A DNA stretch of 63,055 bases, filler included, from Limisphaerales bacterium (GTDB lineage: Bacteria > Verrucomicrobiota > Verrucomicrobiia > Limisphaerales > SIBE01), in the NCBI GenBank assembly GCA_044225505.1. It is 10 parts of 10 records of this genome, joined end to end, with 100 filler letters (N's around TTAATTAATTAA, not from the genome) between each part and the next. Parts side by side here need not be neighbours in the genome. Positions count along the whole stretch, not along the records: positions 51,207 to 57,097 come from JBGAIN010000291.1; positions 57,198 to 63,055 come from JBGAIN010000292.1; 8 more parts are not named here. One strand, 5' to 3'. Every line of letters starts with the position of its first letter. Within the stretch, counting starts at the first letter, position 1. This document shows, piece after piece, positions 51,207-60,052 of the stretch. The position numbers were made by a program, and so were the translations under genes. A model generated the notes under the pieces. It was given only the letters and a program-made list of their open reading frames with translations. It ran no database searches and was not told the DNA's origin.

Positions 51207-51315
51207 CGCTCGCCGCGGTGCCGAGCTGGCCCGACGCCTTCGAGAGCTCTGAGAGCAGCAAGAGGCCCTGCGACGAAGCGCGCGTCGACAGCGCCGAGCG
51301 CGTGAGCTCGACCGT

Positions 51316-51834
51316 GGTCTGGCGGTCTGTCAGGCGATGCACAGCCTGGGCGCGGTCCATCTTCGATTGCGCTGGCCGAATGATGTGTTGCACACTTCGG
51401 GAAAGCTCGCCGGCTTGCTGATCGACCGTTTTGTTCCAGACAAAGTGGTGGTTGGGATTGGCATCAACGTTGCCAACCATCCGGAACGCTACGATCCCAC
51501 ATTGAGCGGTCAGATTTGTTCTTTGACCGACTTGGTCCGCCCTACGCCGTCCTTGAGCGAGTTAACCGCTTCCGTGCTGACCGCTCTCCGGTCGGTCTGG
51601 ACTCAGCTCCAGCAACCAAGCCCCGAAACGCTTTTATCCAAAATCAACGCGCTCTGGCCCTCTCCGTTGCGAGTTGAAGTCGATCTCGACGGTCAACTCC
51701 TTCATGGTTCGTTCCATGGGGTCGACCTGGCAGGACGCCTTCTACTAAGCTTGGAGAACGGTCAACGCAAATCCTTGGAGCCGCACGAAGTCCGGCTCCT
51801 GCGAGAGATCCCCCCCAATGAAAGCACTCCCTAG
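51316..51834 (+). CDS. birA: Biotin--protein ligase, C-terminal part
   Basis: GLAV..RWPNDV..KLAGLLID..VGIGINV..G.F.GVD..GRL. Confidence 0.8.
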   Translation, partial: GLAVCQAMHSLGAVHLRLRWPNDVLHTSGKLAGLLIDRFVPDKVVVGIGINVANHPERYDPTLSGQICSLTDLVRPTPSLSELTASVLTALRSVWTQLQQPSPETLLSKINALWPSPLRVEVDLDGQLLHGSFHGVDLAGRLLLSLENGQRKSLEPHEVRLLREIPPNESTP

Positions 51835-53317
51835 ATTGACTGCCGAAGAGGCAGCTCTCATGTTCAAAGACGGCGATACGGTAGCGGTGAGCGGTTTCAC
51901 CCCCGCGGGCGCCCCCAAAGACGTCCCTAGCGCCATCGCCGTCCGAGCCGAGCAAGAGCACGCCGCCGGAAGGCCATTCAAGATTAATATCATCTCTGGT
52001 GCCTCAACCGGCCGCTCCCTGGATGGCGCCCTGGCTCGCGCCAAGGCAATCGGTTTTCGTACGCCTTACCAATCCGATCCTGATCTACGCAAAAGCATCA
52101 ATGCGGGCGAAACCCGTTTCTTTGATATGCACCTGTCGCGTCTGCCTCAGGATGTCCGGTATGGTTTTCTCGGGCCGGTCCATGTCGCGATCATTGAAGC
52201 CTCAGAGGTCACCAAATACGGCGAGATCGTTCTCACTTCCTCGGTTGGAGCATCACCAACATTTTGTCGCAAAGCGGAAAAAATCATCATCGAGCTCAAC
52301 CGTTATCATCCTCCTTTCTTGCGTGGCGTCCATGATATCTACGAGCCTGATGATCCGCCGCTGCGCAGTGATGTCCCTGTCTTCTCTCCAGCAGACCGCA
52401 TTGGCCAACCTGTCATCCAGGTGGATCCCTCGCGAATCGTTGGTGTGGTTGAAACCAATCGCCCCGATGAGGTCGCCGCGTTTGAACAGGTTGGAGAGCT
52501 TACGGCCAAGATCGGCCAAAACGTTGCGGACTTTTTGGCTTCAGAAATCCGGCGGGGACTTGTGCCCAAAGGCTTTCTCCCAGTTCAGTCTGGCGTCGGT
52601 GACACCGCAAATGCGGTCCTGATGGCGATGGCTCAACATCCGGAGATCCCCGATTTCCAGATGTATACGGAAGTCATTCAGGACGGTGTGATCGGCTTGA
52701 TGCGTGAGGGGCGAGTCACGTTTGCCAGTGGCTGCTCGCTCACCGTCCCACCTCCCACCTTGGAAGGCATCTATGAAGATTGGGATTTCTTCCGGACGCG
52801 ATTGCTCTTGCGACCCCAGGAAATCACTAATAATCCCGAGGTAGTCCGGCGTATCGGCACGATTTCGATTAATACCGCCATCGAAGTCGACTTCAGCGGC
52901 AACGTCAACAGTACCCACGTCCTCGGCAAGAACATGATGAATGGAATCGGTGGCTCAGCCGACTTCGCACGCGCTGCCTTCCTTTCCATGTTCATCTGCC
53001 CATCTACCGCCAAAGGTGGCAAAATCAGCACCATTGTTCCGATGGTCAGTCACCTGGATAGCAGTGAGCATTCCGTCTGCGCCATCGTCACAGAACAGGG
53101 CGTCGCCGACCTGCGCGGTCGTTCGCCAGCCGAGCGCGCTCGCCTCATCATCGAAAATTGCGCGCATCCCGATTACCGACCCATTCTCCGCGACTACATT
53201 GCACGCGGCGGAAGTGGTCATTCCCTGCAAAGCCTCGGCGCAGCGTTTGGCATGCATCTGAGCTATGGCAAGTCTGGAGACATGCGCAATGTCAACTGGG
53301 GATCCTTCCCCTCATAA
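51818..53317 (+). CDS. Succinate/acetate CoA-transferase (acetyl-CoA hydrolase family, ScpC/AarC-like)
   Basis: SGFTPAG.PK, GASTG, QSGVG, YTEVIQD, NGIGGSADFAR, VTEQGVADLRG, AHPDYR. Confidence 0.92.
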   Translation: MKALPRLTAEEAALMFKDGDTVAVSGFTPAGAPKDVPSAIAVRAEQEHAAGRPFKINIISGASTGRSLDGALARAKAIGFRTPYQSDPDLRKSINAGETRFFDMHLSRLPQDVRYGFLGPVHVAIIEASEVTKYGEIVLTSSVGASPTFCRKAEKIIIELNRYHPPFLRGVHDIYEPDDPPLRSDVPVFSPADRIGQPVIQVDPSRIVGVVETNRPDEVAAFEQVGELTAKIGQNVADFLASEIRRGLVPKGFLPVQSGVGDTANAVLMAMAQHPEIPDFQMYTEVIQDGVIGLMREGRVTFASGCSLTVPPPTLEGIYEDWDFFRTRLLLRPQEITNNPEVVRRIGTISINTAIEVDFSGNVNSTHVLGKNMMNGIGGSADFARAAFLSMFICPSTAKGGKISTIVPMVSHLDSSEHSVCAIVTEQGVADLRGRSPAERARLIIENCAHPDYRPILRDYIARGGSGHSLQSLGAAFGMHLSYGKSGDMRNVNWGSFPS

Positions 53318-53347
53318 AAGGTATTCTAAACCCGAGTTGACCTCCGG

Positions 53348-53989
53348 CTAAGCCAACGCTCCAGCCGATCGCACGCGCCGCGCTAACGTGATGACGTGCG
53401 ATCGGATGGACTCCGGCCAAGCAGCCACTTGGGCTTCGAACAACTCGTATTCTTTTCGATACAACGCTCGGAGCGCTTCCTCAAACCCAGCCAGATCTCC
53501 CGCCATCACCGACATAAATCGATAGGCCGCATCCTGCGCCTGCCGTTCCAACGCCCTTCCCGTTCCTTGGCGACGCGCTTCTTCCACCAACTTTCGCAGT
53601 GCCACAGATGCCCCTCCTGGCTGTTCATCCAGCCATTCCCAATGTCGCGGCAGTAAGGTCACCTCCCGCCCCATAACTCCCAGTTTCGGTCGCCCAGGTC
53701 CGCGTTTCGTGCGGCTCACTCCGGCTGCGGATTCCAAATGACTACCGCGATCCTCCCCCACCCGCGCGAGTATGTCGTCAACCGTCCCATGAAAATCGAT
53801 CTCCACCGTGCGGCTCGTCTCAGCGTCAAACACCAGGATTTGCCCGTGCCTCGGCCTCTCGGCAATCGGCTTCACTCGGTCGATGATGGAACGTAAATCC
53901 CCTGATGCTACAAGCGTTTGATCTTCAAAAGCGACAAAACCAAGCGGCGCAGCAACAGGCGCCTTCGAGGTAGAACTGGCTGAAGTCAT
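53348..53989 (-). CDS. DUF2239 family protein
   Basis: RGPGRPKLGV..REVTLLPRHWEWL..QPGGASVALRKLVEEA, AYRFMSVMAGDL.GFEEA.RAL. Confidence 0.9.
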   Translation of the reverse strand: MTSASSTSKAPVAAPLGFVAFEDQTLVASGDLRSIIDRVKPIAERPRHGQILVFDAETSRTVEIDFHGTVDDILARVGEDRGSHLESAAGVSRTKRGPGRPKLGVMGREVTLLPRHWEWLDEQPGGASVALRKLVEEARRQGTGRALERQAQDAAYRFMSVMAGDLAGFEEALRALYRKEYELFEAQVAAWPESIRSHVITLARRVRSAGALA

Positions 53990-53994
53990 TCCCA

Positions 53995-54040
53995 ATAATA
54001 CCCGGGTGATATCCACGTGTCAATATTACCCTGGTATTAT
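53995..54040 (-). promoter_or_regulatory. sigma70 promoter overlapped by a paired palindromic operator
   Basis: Minus strand TTGACA (54023-18)-N17-TATTAT (54000-53995); 18-bp inverted repeat 53995-54012 / 54023-54040. Confidence 0.75.
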
Positions 54041-54062
54041 TCTAACACGGGCTTCACGGGGT

Positions 54063-55064
54063 CTAACGGATATACTGTTGATACCGTTCGGCAACATGCC
54101 CAGTTCGCGCGTCTCCGCGGTGGACCAACACGCCGACTCGTTGCTCAAGCGTATCTCCTTTGAGTAGGGTGAACTCAGCACCACTCCTTGCGTCAGGACG
54201 ACGTGGACCAAAGGTGCCGTAGTCTCGAGTCAACCAGCGATGGGGATGCGGGTTGTGCGGGTGGCTGAAGATGGCAAGACCTTCCGGAGAACCATTGATT
54301 AGGTTTGAGTAGTCCACCCAGACCGCCGCTTGGTTGTGGGTTCCTTTTTCATTTGTCCCGCCCTCGGAGTTCGTGATTGTGCCACCACGATCCACGGAGA
54401 ACTGCGGGTGCATTCGGACGTAAGGCCAGGCGTAATGCACGGCATCACTACGAAAAGTGACATCTCCGTAGTTCGCTACGAGTTTGAACGTGATATCCAG
54501 GAGGTACTCCCCCTCTCCCAAAGGCTCGACACGCACGCGCCGGAATTCGTCGATGACCGGCGTTTGGCCGGCGTCCATCTCCCAGATCAAATGACTGTGA
54601 ATCTCGTTTTTTGCAGAATCAAAGCTCCCGGGTAAGAAGGCCACGTGCCGAACGGTATTGGTGAACGACACGGTTTCCCGGTTGGCATTCTTACTAGAGA
54701 GCGCCATGTAAAACTCGACCGGTGCATGCCCAGCCAACTGGACTTTGTCGGCAAACCATAACGACCGATGGTGCGGATACGGGTCTGTCTGTTGGACGGT
54801 CAACAATTTGCCGGAAGGACTTCGGAGCGGATAGTAATGGGGGAGGTCGACATCGGAACCATACCGGAAAACGAATGCTTCTCGGCCGTCAATTCGGACC
54901 TGCAACTCGCCTTTGGAATCGTTCTGCTGAAACTGCACGCGACCGGTAGAATCTGCAGCTGCCGCGCGGCGCGCGAGCTCGGGGCATGCTAGGAAACACA
55001 GCAGCACGACGAGCAGATCCAACCGCGGGCAGACGGCAATCCAGAGTGGCGCCCGGAGAATCAT
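54063..55064 (-). CDS. DUF6807 / PmoA-like secreted protein
   Basis: Signal peptide; PHYYPLRSPSG..PYPHHRSLWF, WVDYS, GLAIFSHP, WLTRDYG. Confidence 0.8.
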   Translation of the reverse strand: MILRAPLWIAVCPRLDLLVVLLCFLACPELARRAAAADSTGRVQFQQNDSKGELQVRIDGREAFVFRYGSDVDLPHYYPLRSPSGKLLTVQQTDPYPHHRSLWFADKVQLAGHAPVEFYMALSSKNANRETVSFTNTVRHVAFLPGSFDSAKNEIHSHLIWEMDAGQTPVIDEFRRVRVEPLGEGEYLLDITFKLVANYGDVTFRSDAVHYAWPYVRMHPQFSVDRGGTITNSEGGTNEKGTHNQAAVWVDYSNLINGSPEGLAIFSHPHNPHPHRWLTRDYGTFGPRRPDARSGAEFTLLKGDTLEQRVGVLVHRGDARTGHVAERYQQYIR

Positions 55065-55207
55065 ATGAAGCCTAAGCACGGCGCGATTGAATCAGGCAAG
55101 ATTTCCGAGCTTACTTCCTCATTCATCGTATATGGCCCTACAAACTGCCGCATCGTCGACAACGGACGTTTCCACCAAACGGGACCGAGTTTAAAAATTC
55201 GCACGAA

Positions 55208-56506
55208 TCATACCGATCGCGGCAATTGCCATGGATTCCGTCGAGTCCGGTCGAGATGCTGGTTCGCTTCGGTGTCGTTTGGAAACACTTCCTTTTCCGG
55301 ATTCCAAACGAGCTTTCGGCCTAAGCGACGGGCGATGTTCCCGAGGTGACAGACCGTCGCCGTGCGGTGCCCGGTCTCCACGTCGGCAATCGGTTTTTGA
55401 CGGGAGCGAACGCATTCGAGCCAGTTCTTTAAATGGTAATCGCGGAACCCAGCGGGTTTCTCTTTAAGAGCTGCTTCTGCAATCCCCTCCGGCGACGATT
55501 CAATGCGTCCTCGATCGATCGTCAACTTTCCTTTCTCGCCGTGGAAGATCGCTCCCCCCGCCGGACCGTCGCCCAATTCCACGACCACGCCATTGGCGTA
55601 GCGGAAGAAGACGGTGGGGACACTGCAAAGCTTGTCGCCTCGGGCGCTCAGTTCAGCAGCTTCATAGGTCGGCGGGCGGAATGCACCGCCTTCGGTCCAG
55701 ACTTCGACGGGTCCCGTATGATCCATCCCCAGCGCCCATTGGACTTGATCCAGCCCGTGGCTCCCCCAACCGGTCATCTCGCCCCCTGAGTAAGCGCGAA
55801 ATGAAAGCCAGCCAGGATTCGCCCGCGGCAGGTAAAGGTCTTGATGGAAAGGGACCGGCTCGGTTGGACCGCACCACATGTCCCAATCGAGCCCTTCCGG
55901 AACAGGTTGGCTGGGCAATCGACAATCCCAAGGGCTCGGGTAGTTATGCGCGATGACCCGTTGAATTTTGCCCAAACCGCCGGAGCGCACCAGCGCACAG
56001 CCGGCGTGATTGGCCCACATGGACCGCTGCTGGCTCCCGGTCTGAAATATCCGCCCATATTTCTTCACAGCTTGCGCGATCCATCGTCCTTCGTGAATCG
56101 TCAGGCTCATCGGTTTTTCGGCGTAAATGTCTTTCCCCGCCTGACAGGCGTGAATGCAGATCAGCGCCCTCCAATGCTCCGGCGTCGCGGTGATGATTGC
56201 GTCCACGTCTTTGCGATCGAGCAGCCGCCGGTAATCTTGATACGGTTCCGGGCCATATTTCTGAGCGGCCTCGCGGGCCCGGTTCAAGTTGACATCCGCG
56301 ACCGCGACAAACTGCGCTTCTTTAAGCGTCACCAGATTGGCCGCCAGCGCGCTGGCCTGCCGGCCAATGCCGATCACCCCAACGCGGATCCGATCGTTGG
56401 CTCCCAAGACGCGAAAACGCGGCGCCATAGATAACGCCAGGACCCCAGTCAGTCCTTGGGCAGCTTTTCGAAGAAAGGTTCGGCGGGTAACGTGGTTTTG
56501 CATCAT
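55208..56506 (-). CDS. Tat-exported Gfo/Idh/MocA oxidoreductase
   Basis: TRRTFL, GANDRIRVGVIGIG, ATPEHW, EKP, QTGSQQRS. Confidence 0.92.
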   Translation of the reverse strand: MMQNHVTRRTFLRKAAQGLTGVLALSMAPRFRVLGANDRIRVGVIGIGRQASALAANLVTLKEAQFVAVADVNLNRAREAAQKYGPEPYQDYRRLLDRKDVDAIITATPEHWRALICIHACQAGKDIYAEKPMSLTIHEGRWIAQAVKKYGRIFQTGSQQRSMWANHAGCALVRSGGLGKIQRVIAHNYPSPWDCRLPSQPVPEGLDWDMWCGPTEPVPFHQDLYLPRANPGWLSFRAYSGGEMTGWGSHGLDQVQWALGMDHTGPVEVWTEGGAFRPPTYEAAELSARGDKLCSVPTVFFRYANGVVVELGDGPAGGAIFHGEKGKLTIDRGRIESSPEGIAEAALKEKPAGFRDYHLKNWLECVRSRQKPIADVETGHRTATVCHLGNIARRLGRKLVWNPEKEVFPNDTEANQHLDRTRRNPWQLPRSV

Positions 56507-56533
56507 AGGGTTTACGCAGTGCGCGTGTATTTA

Positions 56534-57097
56534 TCAGAGGTTAGGAATTCGAACCGGCGCGATCTTGGATTCGTCGACTTTGCATCCCAAGCCAACGCCT
56601 TGAGGCACCAGGGCACGCCCATCTTTAACCACCAGTTCCTCACGGAGAATTGAGCCGCTTAAGAACTGCGGTCCGTTCAATGCCGCGGGATATTTTAGAT
56701 CGTAGGCCCCGTAAAGAAGCAGCGACGCTGCCAACGACAAATCCGGGTCGGTCAACCCGCTTCCGAGAAACATCAAGCCCGCATTTTGCACCATTTCGAT
56801 TTGGCGTCTGGCCTCCACCAAACCGCCGCAACGCGCCGGTTTCATGGCCACGCCATCGAGCAATTCGAGCTTGATGAATTCTTCGAGCTCGACGGAGGAG
56901 ACGATGCCCTCGTCCATCACAATTGGGAGCGCGCCCTGTTTCTTCATCTGCCGGTATCCAGTCAGGCGATTGGCAGGCAGAGGCTGTTCCAAAACCGCAA
57001 CTCCAATGTCAGCCAGCTTCGGTGCCACGGCCAACGCCGTCGCCAAGTCATAACCGCCATTTGCGTCCGCCCAAAGAAACCCGTCCGGCACAGAGCG
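56534..57097 (-). CDS. Mandelate racemase/muconate lactonizing enzyme family, C-terminal part
   Basis: WADANGGY, LEQP, MDE, MKPARCGG, P.G.GLG. Confidence 0.85.
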   Translation of the reverse strand, partial: RSVPDGFLWADANGGYDLATALAVAPKLADIGVAVLEQPLPANRLTGYRQMKKQGALPIVMDEGIVSSVELEEFIKLELLDGVAMKPARCGGLVEARRQIEMVQNAGLMFLGSGLTDPDLSLAASLLLYGAYDLKYPAALNGPQFLSGSILREELVVKDGRALVPQGVGLGCKVDESKIAPVRIPNL

Positions 57098-57197
57098 NNN
57101 NNNNNNNNNNNNNNNNNNNNNNNNNNNNNNNNNNNNNNNNNTTAATTAATTAANNNNNNNNNNNNNNNNNNNNNNNNNNNNNNNNNNNNNNNNNNNN
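57098..57197. other. Artificial contig spacer
   Basis: N44-TTAATTAATTAA-N44. Confidence 0.99.
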
Positions 57198-57357
57198 TCC
57201 CCATCGGTGGCTTTGCCGTTCCCTTCGGCAATGTTTTGCGGAATCCCCCGCTCTGGGAACGGTCCGTTCCCAAAATAGTCGCCCATCCCCAACCAGCCTC
57301 ACGCGTCGCCCGACGATTCCGTCGCTGAATATGTCGATCCCATCCTCGCTTCGAGGT

Positions 57358-57440
57358 AATACCAGTGAAACCCCAGTCGAATCCCAGTTATATCCCACTC
57401 AGCATCGGGGTTTTAGTGGGATTAGAGTGGGATCTGCGTG
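57358..57440. repeat. Degenerate 11-bp periodic arrays in inverted arrangement
   Basis: AATACCAGTGA AACCCCAGTCG AATCCCAGTTA TATCCCACTCA, then GGGTTTTAGTG GGATTAGAGTG GGATCTGCGTG. Confidence 0.55.
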
Positions 57441-57703
57441 ACGTATCCCTAGGTCGGTTCCTAGGAGGTCTCCAGAACGCTCTGTCCACAATTTGTTGAC
57501 ACCGCCGTTAACCTCTTTTTCAACAACGGTTTAAATCACCCTTTCGGGATACCAAAACTGCGCGAGAGCAAATTGCTCCTGGATTGGGTGAATTTACCCA
57601 ACCTCTGCACTAGAGGATTAACCCCAATCGCTTCGCGTTAACGCCAGCCCAATTCAAACTCCCACGCCCGCGATTTATCGACTGATCGTCTGCCCTGAAC
57701 GCA

Positions 57704-57771
57704 ATGAGAACCCTATGAGAACCCTATGAGAACCCTATGAGAACCCTATGAGAACCCTATGAGAACCCTAT
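57704..57771. repeat. Perfect tandem repeat (ATGAGAACCCT)x6
   Basis: Six exact 11-bp copies plus AT. Confidence 0.95.
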
Positions 57772-57777
57772 CGCGAT

Positions 57778-57821
57778 GCTGTTCTCATCCTGTTCTGAGG
57801 CTGTTTACAGGCTGTCTAGAC
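57778..57821. repeat. Degenerate 11-bp array, inverted relative to the preceding repeat
   Basis: GCTGTTCTCAT CCTGTTCTGAG GCTGTTTACAG GCTGTCTAGAC; GTTCTCAT is the reverse complement of ATGAGAAC. Confidence 0.6.
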
Positions 57822-58091
57822 CGAATGACGACCGGCGCCACCCCTGCCCTCCCATGGCGACCGGTCGAATCGTGTCTCGGTGACAATTGTCTCCGGAGTG
57901 TGAGACATTTGCCGGTGCGGCTCGACGGTCGAAGAACTATTCCCTGGCTCGGCTTTGATCGATCGCCCAGGGTAAGCCGCACACGTTGAGTCGGGAGCTC
58001 AAGAAATCCGCGACGCCTTCTCAAGCCAAGTCCCGAGGTTTGGCAAAGACTTGCGCTGTGGCCCCCAAATGCAGCAACGTGTGCACCGATC

Positions 58092-59996
58092 ATGAACGCT
58101 GTCGGCCCTGCACTTTTGTCTGCCAACGATTTGGCTCTTGCCTATGGGTATCAGACCCTTTTGAAGTCCGTGACGTTGACTGTCGCCGCTGGCGAAAAGG
58201 TTGGCCTGGTTGGCCGGAATGGCTCTGGAAAGACCAGCTTGCTCAAGATCTTATCCGGACAAGTGAGGCCGGATGAAGGCGAAGTCACCTCTCGCAAGGG
58301 CCTCCGTATCGGCTATCTGCCGCAGGAGTTTGAGCTCGATGACAGCAAAACCGTCGAGGAAAACATCGCAGCGGGAGCGGCTGACTTGCTGGACTGGCTC
58401 CATCAGTATCAATCTGGGGAACTGACGGAGGTCCAGCACGGCCAATTGCTGCATCGGATCGAAGCGGTGGATGGATGGAACCTGACCGCGCGCATCAAGG
58501 CCATGGCTTCCGCCTTGGACGCACCCTCCCTCGAAGCCCCGGTCGGTCCCCTGTCCGGGGGAGAGAAGCGACGCGTCGCGTTATGTCGGGCGCTCGCGGC
58601 TCAGCCCGATTTATTGTTGTTGGATGAACCCACCAACCACCTGGATGCAGAGTCTATTCTCTGGCTTGAGGAGTTCTTACGGGACTATGCCGGGGCTGTG
58701 ATCTTCGTCACGCACGACCGCTACTTTCTCGACGTGATCGCGACCCGTATCATCGAACTTGCGGACGGTCGTTGCTATTCTCATCCTGGCAATTACACGG
58801 CTTACCTCGAGAGCAAAGCGATCCGCCAACAAATCGCCGACCAGACCGAACGCAGGCGGCAACGCTTTCTGCGTGAAGAACTCGATTGGGTGCGAGCGGG
58901 CGTTCGAGCGCAACGGTCGAAGCCACGGCATCGACTGCAGTCTTTTTATCAAGTGGAAGGTCTCGAAGCGCCTCCGGAAGAACGCGAGATGGATCTCCTG
59001 ATTCCGCCTCCGCCCGAGATTGGGAATCTCGCGATTGATCTGGTGAATTGCGGTGCAAAAGTCGGCGTTGGAGCTGCCGAACGATGGCTCTTCCGACATT
59101 TGACCCTGGAGATCAAGCCTGGCCAGTGCACCGGGATTCTGGGCCGGAATGGCGTTGGCAAAACCACGCTGCTCCGGACCTGTTTAGGGGATCGCACGCC
59201 TGACGAAGGCACGGTCAAGCTTGGCAAACGCGTGGTGTTCAATTACGTCGATCAAGCCCGGATGCAACTCGATGGCAAAGGGACAGTCCTCCAAGAAGTT
59301 GCGGACGGTGGTGAGACCGTCCTTTTCGGGACGCAACGATTAAGTGTTCGTGCCTACTTGCGGCGGTTCCTGTTTTCGGACGAGCGCGCCAACGAACCGG
59401 TCGTGAACCTGTCTGGAGGCGAACGAGCGCGCTTGATGCTGGCTAAGGTCCTGCGCCGTGGCGGGAATATCCTGATTTTGGATGAGCCAACGAACGACCT
59501 CGATTTGCCAAGCCTGCGAATGTTGGAAGAAGCGCTGGCGGACTTTGACGGATGCGTGCTCGTGGTGAGTCACGATCGCTATTTTCTTGATCGGATTTGC
59601 GATCAAATCATCGCTTTCGAAGATGGCGGGATTCACTTTCAACCTGGAAACTACTCCTACTATCTGGAAAAACGAAAAGAGCGGGAAGCGCTGCGACCTC
59701 GCCCGGTCGAAGTGAAATCCGCTCCCCTAGCGGCCAATCCTAGCACTGCCCCAGCGGTGCCGCGGCCGCGCAAGTTGAGCTTCAAAGAGCAGCGTGAAGC
59801 CGATGGAATGGAAGCCGCCATCCTCGCTGCGGAAGGACGGGTCTCGGAGCTTGAAACGACGTTGAACGATCCGGCGTTTCATGCGACCCGCGCGCGCGAA
59901 GCGAAAAGCCTGGTGGCTGAGCTCGCCGCGGCGAAGATTGACGTCGAGCGGCTTTACGAACGCTGGCACGAACTGGAGCAGCGTCGGAACCCTTGA
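58092..59996 (+). CDS. ABC-F family ATPase (Uup/EttA-like)
   Basis: Two ABC domains (GRNGSGKTS / GRNGVGKTT, LSGGE, DEPTN), no TM, C-terminal RKLSFKEQRE..LYERW.EL coiled coil. Confidence 0.92.
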   Translation: MNAVGPALLSANDLALAYGYQTLLKSVTLTVAAGEKVGLVGRNGSGKTSLLKILSGQVRPDEGEVTSRKGLRIGYLPQEFELDDSKTVEENIAAGAADLLDWLHQYQSGELTEVQHGQLLHRIEAVDGWNLTARIKAMASALDAPSLEAPVGPLSGGEKRRVALCRALAAQPDLLLLDEPTNHLDAESILWLEEFLRDYAGAVIFVTHDRYFLDVIATRIIELADGRCYSHPGNYTAYLESKAIRQQIADQTERRRQRFLREELDWVRAGVRAQRSKPRHRLQSFYQVEGLEAPPEEREMDLLIPPPPEIGNLAIDLVNCGAKVGVGAAERWLFRHLTLEIKPGQCTGILGRNGVGKTTLLRTCLGDRTPDEGTVKLGKRVVFNYVDQARMQLDGKGTVLQEVADGGETVLFGTQRLSVRAYLRRFLFSDERANEPVVNLSGGERARLMLAKVLRRGGNILILDEPTNDLDLPSLRMLEEALADFDGCVLVVSHDRYFLDRICDQIIAFEDGGIHFQPGNYSYYLEKRKEREALRPRPVEVKSAPLAANPSTAPAVPRPRKLSFKEQREADGMEAAILAAEGRVSELETTLNDPAFHATRAREAKSLVAELAAAKIDVERLYERWHELEQRRNP

Positions 59997-60052
59997 GCTA
60001 ACGGGCGCTCACCTCTCGCGCGGATGGAAGCTCCGTCCGAAACAATCAAGGG

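Noticed and set aside
54063..55064. Methane monooxygenase
   Set aside because: The 'PmoA-like' label refers to the soluble DUF6807 family; this is not the multi-TM pmoA and there is no pmoCB.
6863..57197. Regularly recurring TTAATTAATTAA motif and ORFs ending in X..LIN
   Set aside because: Synthetic linker with stops in all frames; ORFs running into it are truncated genes or artefacts.
57704..57771. CRISPR array
   Set aside because: 11-bp contiguous repeats with no spacers and no cas genes.
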